Assembly: GCA_963674735.2 (NCBI GenBank)
Contig: CAXXQS010000002.1
Coordinates: forward strand, 864,001-928,000
Length of the DNA stretch: 64,000 bases
Source: Myxococcota bacterium
GTDB lineage: Bacteria > Myxococcota_A > SURF-8
Direction: 5' to 3'
The position numbers and the translations under genes were made by a program. Numbering within the stretch: position 1 is the first letter of the stretch; the number at the start of each line of letters is the position of its first letter. The notes under the pieces are model-generated. The model was given only the letters and a program-made list of their open reading frames with translations. It ran no database searches and was not told where the DNA came from. Positions 1 through 8,383 of this stretch are shown one piece after another.

Positions 1-54
1 CACGAGTTTTACTAATATTGTAATATTGCTAGGAAAACGGACGAAAGCTTTCTG

Positions 55-83
55 TTGACAAAAGCCTCAAGGTTGGGTAGAAA
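55..83 (+). promoter_or_regulatory. sigma70-type promoter for the protease gene
   Basis: TTGACA (55-60), 17-bp spacer, TAGAAA (78-83); AT-rich upstream with tandem TAATATTG x2 (13-28). Confidence 0.55.
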
Positions 84-203
84 TGGCCGATTGGAGTCAG
101 GGGATGACTGCTATTTCGGCCTCGGATCCGCTCTCGATCGTCGTAATTTGATACCATCAGCATGTTAGCTCACACGATGAGCGCCAGCCTGAAAGGATGT
201 CTT

Positions 204-2372
204 ATGCCCAAACCGCCACTGCGAATTGCGATAAGCCTCAGCCTTTGGCTGATCCTGCTGCTTCTCCCGCAAAGCGCGTTTGCCGATGCCGACGAACTCG
301 ACGCGATCCGCGCCGCCATCAAGGCCTCGGGTGCCAACTGGACCGCCGGTGAAAACTGGTTGACCAAGCTGCCGAAAGCCGAGCGGATGCGCTATCACAA
401 CTTGGTTCTGCCGCACGAAACGCTGGCGAATGCGCCGGTGACGATCGTCCCCAACCGAGGCACGCGCGGATCGCTCGACTGGCGCAGCGTCAACGGGTCG
501 AACTGGGTCACCAGCCCCAAATACCAGGGCGAATGCGGCTCCTGCTGGTCGTTTTCGGTCGTGGGCGCCTTGGAAAGCCTGATTCACATCGCTGAAGGCC
601 GCGCCGCCACGTCGCAATATCAATGGGATTTGTCGGAACAATACATCGTGTCCTGCATCGGGCTCTCGGATCCCTGCAGCGGCGCAACCCCCGACATGCC
701 CAACGATTTTCTGCAATCGGACGGCACCGTCAACGAGACCTGCATGCCGTATCAAGCCTCCTACCCACCCTATTGTTCGGCGCGCTGTTCCAGCTACCAG
801 TCGCAACTGCAGACGATCTCCAGCTGGGATTTCGTTTCGAGCTATACGGCGAACATCACCAATATTAAAAACGCCCTGGAAAGCGGCCCGCTGCCGACCA
901 CCATGACCGTCTGCGACGACTTCGATTATTACGAAGGCGGCATCTATTCGCACAGCTACGGTTCCTGCCCGGCCGACGCCGGACACGGGATCCTGATCGT
1001 GGGCTACAACGACACGGACCGCTACTGGATCGTCAAAAACAGCTGGAGCACCCAGTGGGGCGAAAGCGGCTTTTTCCGCATCAGTTGGGACGACAGCGGC
1101 TCGGACTTCGGCCAATACACCTCCCGGCTGCACTACAGCAACCCCAATCTGTGCAGCGACGACAGCTATGAGAACAACGACACCCTGGTGAATGCCACCA
1201 CGATCACCCCCGGCGAATTCGAGGATTTGCAGATCTGCCCCGGCGACGACGACTTTTACCGCCTCAACCTGCTCAAGCAGGAAGCGGTCACCATCTCGAT
1301 CGATTTCACCCACAGCCAGGGCGATCTCGATCTCTATTTGATTTCACGCACCAACGAGGTGGTGGCGCAAAGCGAATCGAGCACCAACAACGAAGTGATT
1401 GCCGACTTCAACCCGGCGGCGGACGGCCGCTACTACCTGCGCGTCAAGGGCGCGCTGGGCGATCAAAATGCCTACAGCATGACGATCAGCACCACCTGCG
1501 TTCCGCAATGCGAGGGACGCGACTGCGGCGATGACGGCTGCGGCGGCGAATGCGGAAGCTGCCCCGACGGCGAGTCCTGCCAGGCGGGCGTGTGCGGATG
1601 CGCACCCCAGTGCAGCGGCAAGGACTGCGGCGCCGACGGCTGCGGCGGCCAGTGCGGAACCTGCGATGCGGGTGATAATTGCGAGAACAACCAATGCGTC
1701 ACGCCCGACCCCTGCACGGGCGCCTGCAGCACGCAGACGGATTCTCCGTATTGCCTGGGCGGCGAAAATCTGTGCGCCTGCGGCAACGCCGGAGCCTGGA
1801 CCATCAAAAACTGCGATCAGCTCTGTCGCGACAGCGGCAAGTCGGGCGCGCTGGCCTGCGAATACGATTCATCGAAAAGCGGCGGAACCTGCATCTGCGC
1901 AAGCGAGTCGGCCGACGGCGACATCCCCGATGGCGACACCCCCGACGGCGATGCACCCACGGACTGTTCCGGAGCCTGTCAGCCCATCGACGCGCCGTTC
2001 TGCCTGGCCAACGGCTACAACCTCTGCGAGTGTTTGAACATGCAGTGGACGGCCACCGACTGCACCTTCAGTTGCGTGCGCCAGGGCGGCATATTTGCCG
2101 GTTGCGGCTTCCACCCCGGACTGCGGCGCGACACCTGCCTGTGCGACGAGATCAGCGACGGCGATACGCCCTTGGACGGCGATGTCCCCCTGGATGGCGA
2201 CGATCCGGCCGATGGCGACGACGGCTCCGGCAATGATGATGACGATGATGACGATCGCGGCGGATCGGGGGCCACGGATGAAGGCGGCGGCTGCCGACAC
2301 GGCGGTACGCTTCCGGTAGCCGGTTTGCTGCTGCTGGCCGGTTGGCTGCTCGCCCGACGGCGACGCGCCTGA
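204..2372 (+). CDS. Secreted papain-family (C1A) cysteine protease with PPC-like domain, Cys-rich repeats, DGD linker and C-terminal GC-TM-RRR sorting signal
   Basis: Signal peptide; QGECGSCWSF, AGHGILIVGY, KNSW catalytic motifs; DDSYENND..DDDFY..GDLDLYL PPC-like segment; CxPQCxGxDCGxDGCGGxCGxC repeats; ends GGGC-hydrophobic-RRRRA. ATG 204 follows AAGGA. Confidence 0.88.
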   Translation: MPKPPLRIAISLSLWLILLLLPQSAFADADELDAIRAAIKASGANWTAGENWLTKLPKAERMRYHNLVLPHETLANAPVTIVPNRGTRGSLDWRSVNGSNWVTSPKYQGECGSCWSFSVVGALESLIHIAEGRAATSQYQWDLSEQYIVSCIGLSDPCSGATPDMPNDFLQSDGTVNETCMPYQASYPPYCSARCSSYQSQLQTISSWDFVSSYTANITNIKNALESGPLPTTMTVCDDFDYYEGGIYSHSYGSCPADAGHGILIVGYNDTDRYWIVKNSWSTQWGESGFFRISWDDSGSDFGQYTSRLHYSNPNLCSDDSYENNDTLVNATTITPGEFEDLQICPGDDDFYRLNLLKQEAVTISIDFTHSQGDLDLYLISRTNEVVAQSESSTNNEVIADFNPAADGRYYLRVKGALGDQNAYSMTISTTCVPQCEGRDCGDDGCGGECGSCPDGESCQAGVCGCAPQCSGKDCGADGCGGQCGTCDAGDNCENNQCVTPDPCTGACSTQTDSPYCLGGENLCACGNAGAWTIKNCDQLCRDSGKSGALACEYDSSKSGGTCICASESADGDIPDGDTPDGDAPTDCSGACQPIDAPFCLANGYNLCECLNMQWTATDCTFSCVRQGGIFAGCGFHPGLRRDTCLCDEISDGDTPLDGDVPLDGDDPADGDDGSGNDDDDDDDRGGSGATDEGGGCRHGGTLPVAGLLLLAGWLLARRRRA

Positions 2373-2397
2373 ACGGTTTGACTGCTTTCGAGCGATG

Positions 2398-2424
2398 ACG
2401 GGCGGCGCAACCGCCCGTTTTTTT
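2398..2424 (+). terminator. Intrinsic terminator between convergent protease and HNH genes
   Basis: ACGGGCGG-cgcaa-CCGCCCGT followed by a T run. Confidence 0.8.
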
Positions 2425-2425
2425 G

Positions 2426-2833
2426 TTACTTCTTTTTGTCCAGCGCCGCTTTCAGCTTATCAGCCAGCGAAACCATGCCTTCGCCTTTTTCTTCCGTACG
2501 CGGGGAAACGGCACCATCGCCGCCGATCTGACTGGCCAGAATACCGCGTGAATGCTCGTCTTCATGGCAATACACGCACAGATTTTCCCAGTTGCTGCCG
2601 TCGCGCGGATTGTTGTGGTGGTTGCCGTCTTTGTGATGGACGGTCAGAAGCGGCAGATCTTTGCCGGTAAACTCGCGCCCGCAGCGGGCGCAGATATGCC
2701 CGTGCAGCGACAAGGAAAGGCGGCGGTAGTCGAAGCCCTGTTCCGCTTCGCGCTCTTGTTTCACCTTGCGGACGAAATCCCAGGCGGCGCTTTTGGTATC
2801 GGTGTTTTTCGGATCGTCGGACGCTGCGCTCAT
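2426..2833 (-). CDS. yajD: YajD-family HNH nuclease
   Basis: CARCGREF..LTVHHKDGNHHNNPRDGSNWENLCVYCHEDEHSR; C-terminal LADKLKAAL tail. Confidence 0.8.
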   Translation of the reverse strand: MSAASDDPKNTDTKSAAWDFVRKVKQEREAEQGFDYRRLSLSLHGHICARCGREFTGKDLPLLTVHHKDGNHHNNPRDGSNWENLCVYCHEDEHSRGILASQIGGDGAVSPRTEEKGEGMVSLADKLKAALDKKK

Positions 2834-2947
2834 CGTGAACTCCTTGCAATCTTCACCTGCGGCAAGTGTAGCCGATCCAACCCCGGAAGTGAATGGTTTT
2901 TCGCGGTGTGCGCAAGCGAGGACACAACCACGCGGAGCCGGACGGGA

Positions 2948-4837
2948 TTACTCGTCGCAGCTCGGCTTTCGCAGCAACAGAAAGTCGTAGGCGGCTGCGG
3001 GCGCGTAGCAATCGGCGAGTCGGGGCAGCAGTTCCGCGTCGAGGTGATGGGTGACGATCAGACGCGGTTTGCGCCGGGCGATGATGGCCGCGTGGCTGAA
3101 GCGATAATCGCTCAGCTTGCGATAGACGAGGAGCAGGCCGTCTCGGGGGACCGTGTGAAACCAGAAGTAATCGGCATCGAAGCGGAACAGGTTCTGGCGC
3201 GCCGTGCCGTCGAGCACCGTTTCATCCGCCGCCACCGCATCGCGCACAAAGGCCAGACGCACCAACTGGGCGCGATTGTCGGGGCTTTGTTCGCGCCACA
3301 TGCCCGTTAGCGGCAGCAGGCAGACAAGCGCGAACAGCCCGAAGCCGAGCCACCCGGTCAGGCGCACGCGCCGTGTAAGCAGCACCGCCACCGCCACCGT
3401 CATGAAAGGAAAGATGGGCATGAAATACTGGCGGTAGGGGGTGCGCACGAGAAAGAGACTCAGAATCAGGCCCAAACCGATCCAGGCGACGAAACGCAGG
3501 CCCGGCACCGGGCGGGCCAGCAGCGCCCAGGCGAAGGCGATCCACAAAAAGGCGTTATCGCGCCAGCTGGGCAGCATGTACCACCAGACCGGAAATTGCC
3601 GGATGGTTTCCATGTTGAGCCGCCAATTCAAGGTCCAGTAGGTCTGCCACAAGTCGAGCGCCCCCAGCCAGACGGCGAACAGCAAGACCGGCAGCAGGCC
3701 ACCCGCGACGAACAGCCCGACCCCGCGCCACGAAATCCGCTTGCCGACGGCCTCCCGCAAGATCCAAAGCCCGATCAGCAGACCGGGAAAAACAGCCTTC
3801 TGTAAAAAGAGAAACGCAACACCCAGGGAAAGTCCGCCCGCAAACACGTTCCACAAACGCGCAGAGCGACCGTGGCGCAGGATGAAGAAAGCGGCCAGCA
3901 CGACGAAAAAGGTGCAGGGCGTATCGGGGCGGATTTCCGTGGCCGGAATCGTGTAGAAGACGCTGGCGGCCAACAGGATGGCCGCCACCCATCCGGCGTT
4001 TCGCCCCGCGACCTGCCCCGCCATGGCGGCGACGACGAACAGACCGCCGAACTGAAACGCCAGCATCCCGAGGCGTCCGGCAAACAAGACGTCGGTGCTT
4101 TCGCCCATGAAAGCGATCAACGGCGCCAGCCCGTAATACAAAAGCGGGTGGTGATGTTGAAAGAAATCGCGGTAGGGAACCCAGCCTTGGGCGACATACC
4201 AGGCCGAATGCACCGCCTCCAGTTCGTCCACGGTGAACGCACGCACGAAAGCTCCGCGCAGCGTGACCGCAAGCAACCCCGCCAGCAAAACAAACAGGGC
4301 GGGTCGAAACCAGAAAGGGGCGGCATCCCGAGCGGCGGGGGCGGTCGCGGCCGCAAGCGGGTCGGGCCGTAACAGGCGTTCACGGATCGTCCGGCACACG
4401 TCGACACCCAACTCGCGGACGATGGACCGATAGCCGATGATCAGCCAGACGAAAACGGTCGCCAGCGCATACAGCGTTGTTTGCAAAAATTGCAGAAGCG
4501 GCACCCAGCCGACATAGGCGAAACCGACCTGCAAAAGAAAAATCGCCAGCAGCAAGGCGGGGAGCAGCCCGGCAAGTTGCAAACGGGAAAAGCGGGCGGC
4601 GTTCCCCCGGCGCAAATACAAGTAGGTACCCAAGCCGAACGCCGTCGAAGCGAAAAGCGCGAGAAACGCGCCCTCGCGCGGGCCGGGATACAGGTCGCCT
4701 TTGGCGATGGCGATCAATAGATGGAAGATGTCCGGCAGCGACACAAACAGGGGAGCGGCGCAGGCGACCAGCAGGCCGCCCGCCCATACCGCCGGATAGC
4801 GTTGCGCCGGCGTCGGTTTTCCTCTCCACCGCATCAT
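2948..4837 (-). CDS. Polytopic GT-C fold glycosyltransferase (ArnT/PMT-like)
   Basis: Many TM segments; DE..H.AW..AQG.VPYRDFFQHHHPL and EIRPD motifs; extra N-terminal TM block; start uncertain (4837 vs 4861). Confidence 0.7.
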   Translation of the reverse strand: MMRWRGKPTPAQRYPAVWAGGLLVACAAPLFVSLPDIFHLLIAIAKGDLYPGPREGAFLALFASTAFGLGTYLYLRRGNAARFSRLQLAGLLPALLLAIFLLQVGFAYVGWVPLLQFLQTTLYALATVFVWLIIGYRSIVRELGVDVCRTIRERLLRPDPLAAATAPAARDAAPFWFRPALFVLLAGLLAVTLRGAFVRAFTVDELEAVHSAWYVAQGWVPYRDFFQHHHPLLYYGLAPLIAFMGESTDVLFAGRLGMLAFQFGGLFVVAAMAGQVAGRNAGWVAAILLAASVFYTIPATEIRPDTPCTFFVVLAAFFILRHGRSARLWNVFAGGLSLGVAFLFLQKAVFPGLLIGLWILREAVGKRISWRGVGLFVAGGLLPVLLFAVWLGALDLWQTYWTLNWRLNMETIRQFPVWWYMLPSWRDNAFLWIAFAWALLARPVPGLRFVAWIGLGLILSLFLVRTPYRQYFMPIFPFMTVAVAVLLTRRVRLTGWLGFGLFALVCLLPLTGMWREQSPDNRAQLVRLAFVRDAVAADETVLDGTARQNLFRFDADYFWFHTVPRDGLLLVYRKLSDYRFSHAAIIARRKPRLIVTHHLDAELLPRLADCYAPAAAYDFLLLRKPSCDE

Positions 4838-4980
4838 GTCTCGACTCCGAAACGACGGCAACCCGCGTCGCCGATCAAACCTGTTGGCCAGAGTTCCTAT
4901 CCTATAACCGATCTCGACTCACGCCAAACACTTTGCACCTTCTCTTGGCGCCTCCCATGGTCTTCCGGACACGCCGCCGT

Positions 4981-5163
4981 CAGGGCGTTTCAATTCTAAG
5001 CTTTTTACCGTTTTCCGCCCAATATAATTCGATTCACGGGGTGCCATGGGCCAAGCCTTTGGCTTGCCCATGCTGTTTTCACGGGCAAACCTGACGGTTT
5101 AGCCCGTGCCACCCATCATCAATCAAAGATTGTTCGAGACTAAATCAGAATTGAAACGCGCTA
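4981..5163. mobile_element. MITE-like element with 17-bp imperfect terminal inverted repeats containing a REP doublet
   Basis: CAGGGCGTTTCAATTCT ... AGAATTGAAACGCGCTA; flanks ACGCCGCC-GTC / ACGCCGCCCGTC resemble a target duplication; second copy at 7351-7494. Confidence 0.7.
5038..5114. repeat. GGTG-type REP doublet (REPIN-like) inside the MITE
   Basis: GGGTGCCATGGGCCAAGCC-TTT-GGCTTGCCCATG and inverted CACGGGCAAACC-TGAC-GGTTTAGCCCGTGCCACCC hairpins. Confidence 0.7.
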
Positions 5164-5181
5164 CGCCGCCCGTCTTTCGCT

Positions 5182-5210
5182 TTGACATCCCAGCGCCATT
5201 CGGCTAGGTT
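5182..5210 (+). promoter_or_regulatory. sigma70-type promoter for 5300..5680
   Basis: TTGACA-17 bp-TAGGTT. Confidence 0.45.
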
Positions 5211-5299
5211 AGCCGGGATCGGAAACGCGGCCTCGATCCATCGCGGTCGCAATCCCCATTCCCGTTGGTTTATTTGCTGATCTCACGCGGAGTCGACTC

Positions 5300-5680
5300 A
5301 TGATGCATTTCACCTTGAAATCCGAACCCATCCGTCATCGTATCCATGCTTCCTGGAGCGGCGTGTGGACCCTCGCCGACGCCCTCGCCTTCAGCGACGC
5401 CGTCAACCAGGATCTCACCCACTTGACCCGCCAGCCCTTCGCCCTGCGCCTGGACGCCACCGACTGGCGGCCCTCCCAACCCGAGGTTGTACCGCTGCTC
5501 ATTGATATTCTGCGGCGCAACGTGCGGCACGGCTTGGAGCGATTGGCCGTCATCACCCCGAGCGGACCGGCCGGGCAGGCCGTCGCCCGCCTCATCACCA
5601 GCGCGGGAATCACCGATCAGGCGCAGGCCTTCAGCAGCCTTTCCGTCGCCGACTCCTGGCTGGCGGCACGCGGCTATTAG
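5300..5680 (+). CDS. Small STAS/SEC14 (SpoIIAA-like) protein
   Basis: 126 aa alpha/beta pattern: WSGVWT..A, LRLDATDW, GLERLAVI, C-terminal FSS..ADSWL; GGAG RBS. Confidence 0.65.
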   Translation: MMHFTLKSEPIRHRIHASWSGVWTLADALAFSDAVNQDLTHLTRQPFALRLDATDWRPSQPEVVPLLIDILRRNVRHGLERLAVITPSGPAGQAVARLITSAGITDQAQAFSSLSVADSWLAARGY

Positions 5681-5746
5681 CATCCGGCAACCGGATCATG
5701 GCTTTTTTCGAGGATGAAACCATGATCGCTCATCCCCTCACTACCG

Positions 5747-5820
5747 GTTAGAGTAGGTCTCTGACCTGTTCTTGAACGATGATGCAAAGCCTGGAGCCCG
5801 TCGAAGACGCGCTCCAACAC
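5747..5820. repeat. Second REP-like family, doublet of hairpins
   Basis: AGAGTAGGTC-TCT-GACCTGTTCT and TGGAGCCCGTC-GAA-GACGCGCTCCAAC; 5785-5820 repeated directly at 7284-7318. Confidence 0.6.
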
Positions 5821-5921
5821 GGAGTAACCCTGGATATAATTGCCGGATTGATAGCGCCCATCCACCAAAAGAAAGCCCCGACCGACCGGCCGGGGCATAT
5901 GATCGCAGCGAATTCGGACGC

Positions 5922-7136
5922 CTATTGCGCGCCCTGGTAGTTGCAGTAGTTCGGATAACCGGCCGGAATCCCTTGCGCATAGGGCGAGGTGCCCACTCCC
6001 TTGGGATGATCCTTGAAGAAATCCACCGCCATATCCAGAAGCGCGGTCGAATAGGTGTGCCCCTGGCCGTGGTTGCAGCTCAACACATCGTGGCCCAGCC
6101 CGTTGAGATAGGTGATGCTTTTCTGGGCGTGCTCCCAGAACAGAATGTTGGAAATGTAAAGCGAGTAGGTATCGGATTCCCCGCCCCAGGCAACCAGAGC
6201 CGGGAAGTTATTGGTATTGTTGTTCGGGTAGGCCGACCAGTTCGAGCAGATTCCCAGCACGCATTCCTGCTGCGTGCCGTCGCTGAAATAGGCGCCCGAC
6301 AACGAGGCGATGGAGGCCATTTTGTCGGCGTAGGCGATGGAGACGAGGTCCGTCATGATGGCGCCGGCCGAGAAACCGACCGCGTGGACCCGGTTGTCGT
6401 CGATGTCGTAAACTTCGCCCAGGCAGGTCAGCAGATCGCCGAACAGGCTGACATCGACATTGGCTCCGGGATTGGCGGCATCGTAAACCAGGCAATCCCA
6501 ATCGAAAGCCGTGGATCCCGGCGGCATCAAGCCCAACGAGCCCGGCACCACGCCGATGAAGGGGAAGTCCGCGCGGTTGGCCCAGCTACCGATCGGAGCG
6601 ACGCCCGTGAAGTTGGAAATGGAATCTCCCGAGCCATAGAAGAAAAAGACCACCGGCCACGGCCCATCTTCCGTTTCCATGGCGTCGGGTAGATAAACCT
6701 TGAATGCGCGGTTGCGACCGGCCGATTGGAAGTTGGAATTCAAGCCCTCGGCCACTTCGTAGTTGAAACTCGGACAGACGTTGCCGACCGGGTCGTCCCC
6801 GTCGGGGTCGTCGCCATCGGGATCGTCGCCGTCGGGGTCGTCGCCATCGGGGTCATCGCCATCCGGGTCGTCGCCATCCGGGTCGTCGCCATCGGGCAAA
6901 ATTCCGTCACCATCGGATTGAGCCATGCAACCCCCCACGGTTTCATCGTAATAAAAACCGTTCGGGCACAGGGGCGTATCGTCCCCATCGGGATCGTCGC
7001 CGTCATCGCCGTCCGGGTCGTCCCCGTCGAACTGCGGCTCGTCGCCATCCGCGGTATCGTTATCGTCGCTCCCGCAGGCCACCATCGTTCCCATCGCCAA
7101 CACCACCAGAATCCACAACGTCCAACGCGCGTGCAT
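5922..7136 (-). CDS. Lipoprotein alpha/beta hydrolase (PHB-depolymerase/LpqC-like esterase) with DGDDP repeat linker
   Basis: Lipobox MVAC; GPWPVVFFFYG; IDDNRVHAVGFSAGA nucleophile elbow; ESDT and NHGQGH candidate Asp/His; AAGGAG RBS before ATG 7136. Confidence 0.78.
   Translation of the reverse strand: MHARWTLWILVVLAMGTMVACGSDDNDTADGDEPQFDGDDPDGDDGDDPDGDDTPLCPNGFYYDETVGGCMAQSDGDGILPDGDDPDGDDPDGDDPDGDDPDGDDPDGDDPDGDDPVGNVCPSFNYEVAEGLNSNFQSAGRNRAFKVYLPDAMETEDGPWPVVFFFYGSGDSISNFTGVAPIGSWANRADFPFIGVVPGSLGLMPPGSTAFDWDCLVYDAANPGANVDVSLFGDLLTCLGEVYDIDDNRVHAVGFSAGAIMTDLVSIAYADKMASIASLSGAYFSDGTQQECVLGICSNWSAYPNNNTNNFPALVAWGGESDTYSLYISNILFWEHAQKSITYLNGLGHDVLSCNHGQGHTYSTALLDMAVDFFKDHPKGVGTSPYAQGIPAGYPNYCNYQGAQ
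6789..6896. repeat. 15-bp tandem repeat x7 encoding (DGDDP)7
   Basis: Seven in-frame units (c/g)gg gtc gtc gcc atc with synonymous variation. Confidence 0.9.
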
Positions 7137-7283
7137 CTTCGCTCCTTCTTGTTCGAATCGCTCCACCCTCCCCAAGCCAGAGGACAAGTGTAATGGTTTC
7201 CAAGCTCGGAATCAAGGGCAAGTTGTGATGTTTCAAAAGTGAGAAACGATTCCAACCCGCCTGCAAGGCCGAGAACCCGCCCA

Positions 7284-7318
7284 CAAAGCCTGGAGCCCGT
7301 CGGAGACGCGTCCAACAC
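7284..7318. repeat. Direct copy of the REP hairpin at 5785-5820
   Basis: CAAAGCCTGGAGCCCGTCGGAGACGCG-TCCAACAC: one substitution and one indel versus first copy. Confidence 0.7.
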
Positions 7319-7350
7319 CGGCCGGATACAATCCTGCTCGATCCTCAGGG

Positions 7351-7494
7351 ATCGATGATGGGTGGCACGGGCACAGCCCGTCAGGTTTGCCCGTGAAAAC
7401 AGCATGGGCAAGCCAAAGGCTTGGCCCATGGCACCCCGTAAACCGAATTGTATTGGGTGGAAAACGGTGAAAAGCTTAGAATTGAAACGCCGTG
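7351..7494. mobile_element. Inverted, one-ended copy of the MITE/REPIN element
   Basis: Reverse complement matches 4984-5123 with about ten differences over ~140 bp; retains one terminal repeat (7478-7494), lacks the other. Confidence 0.7.
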
Positions 7495-7507
7495 CCGGGG
7501 GGTGTGA

Positions 7508-7933
7508 TTACTTGATGTTCTCGACGTAGCGGGCGCGCTTATCGACTTTCTGCGTATACCCGCGCAGGACACGCTGGCCGGTCGCCAGCTTTTTGGCCTG
7601 TGATTTGTTCTGATCGCGCAAAACCGCCATTTTTCCGCTCAGCCCCACTTCCAATGCGGCGGAGCGGTCGATCAGTTCTTGAATCCGCAGGCGCAACTGC
7701 CGAACGGCATCCTCGGGTTCCATATCAAGGGCGACGGTAAGGCGCTTGGAGAATTTCTTTTCGAAGTGATCCACACGCTGGATGGTTTTCTGCCGCAGCT
7801 CCATCAGCTTGCCGAGCAACTCGACCTCGCCGCTGTCGGCCGCCAGGACGACTTGTTCGGTCAGAACGGCGTAGGCCTCGAAAAAATGGACCAGCTGCGT
7901 ATAGATCTCTTCACGGGTAGCATCATTGTTCAT
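7508..7933 (-). CDS. fliT: FliT-like flagellar chaperone
   Basis: Helical 141 aa protein overlapping fliS stop; L..LME.RQ..I and GY...ARY.E tail; call is mostly positional. Confidence 0.55.
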   Translation of the reverse strand: MNNDATREEIYTQLVHFFEAYAVLTEQVVLAADSGEVELLGKLMELRQKTIQRVDHFEKKFSKRLTVALDMEPEDAVRQLRLRIQELIDRSAALEVGLSGKMAVLRDQNKSQAKKLATGQRVLRGYTQKVDKRARYVENIK

Positions 7934-8364
7934 GACCGACTCTCGAATGAAGGTTTATCCGTTACGTCCGCCGTTTTGTTGATCCCCGCTGCCGCATTGC
8001 GTTTGGCCAGTTCGGTCCAGCCCTCGTTGATGGTTTCCAGGTGTTTGATCGTTTCCTGAAGAATCGTGATATCGAGGCTCACGTTGGCTTCGATTACGCG
8101 CTTGATCATGTAGGTGTAAAGGGCGTGCAGTTTTTCCGAAACTTCACCGCCTTTTTCGTGGTCCAGGCAGCTCATCAGTTCGAACAGGATTTCCTGGGCG
8201 CGCATCAATTCCTTGCCCTTGTTTTCGAAATCCTTTTTCTCGATGTAGCCGATGGCCCGTTTCAAAGCCAGGATCGTCCCTTCGTACAGCATCACCACCA
8301 GCCTCACCGGGTCGGTGGTGTTGACCTGCATCTGCTTATACCGGTTGTAAGGGTTGGCGACCAT
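7930..8364 (-). CDS. fliS: Flagellin export chaperone FliS
   Basis: NPYNRYKQMQVNTTDPVRLVVMLYEG, LDHEKGGEVSEKLHALYTYM, EGW. Confidence 0.95.
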   Translation of the reverse strand: MVANPYNRYKQMQVNTTDPVRLVVMLYEGTILALKRAIGYIEKKDFENKGKELMRAQEILFELMSCLDHEKGGEVSEKLHALYTYMIKRVIEANVSLDITILQETIKHLETINEGWTELAKRNAAAGINKTADVTDKPSFESRS

Positions 8365-8383
8365 GTCATTCTCCCTTGAGGGC

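Noticed and set aside
2426-2833. HNH gene as a defence system or homing endonuclease
   Set aside because: Matches widespread stand-alone YajD type; no methylase, intron or defence neighbours
5775-5820. GATGCAAAGCC as part of a c-di-GMP-I riboswitch
   Set aside because: No upstream GGCAAA..GAAA stem; lies between convergent genes; better explained as a REP-like hairpin
6789-6896. 15-bp tandem array as CRISPR or DNA-level contingency repeat
   Set aside because: No spacers; units are in-frame codons with synonymous variation encoding DGDDP
4971-7504. Recent composite transposon insertion
   Set aside because: Outer flanks (ACGCCGCCGT vs CCGGGGGGTG) are not duplicated and no transposase is present; kept only as a hypothesis
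4477-7572. ORFs 4477..5094 and 7381..7572 sharing the peptide GVPWAKPLACPCCFHGQT
   Set aside because: Translation artefact of the two MITE copies; both overlap real genes
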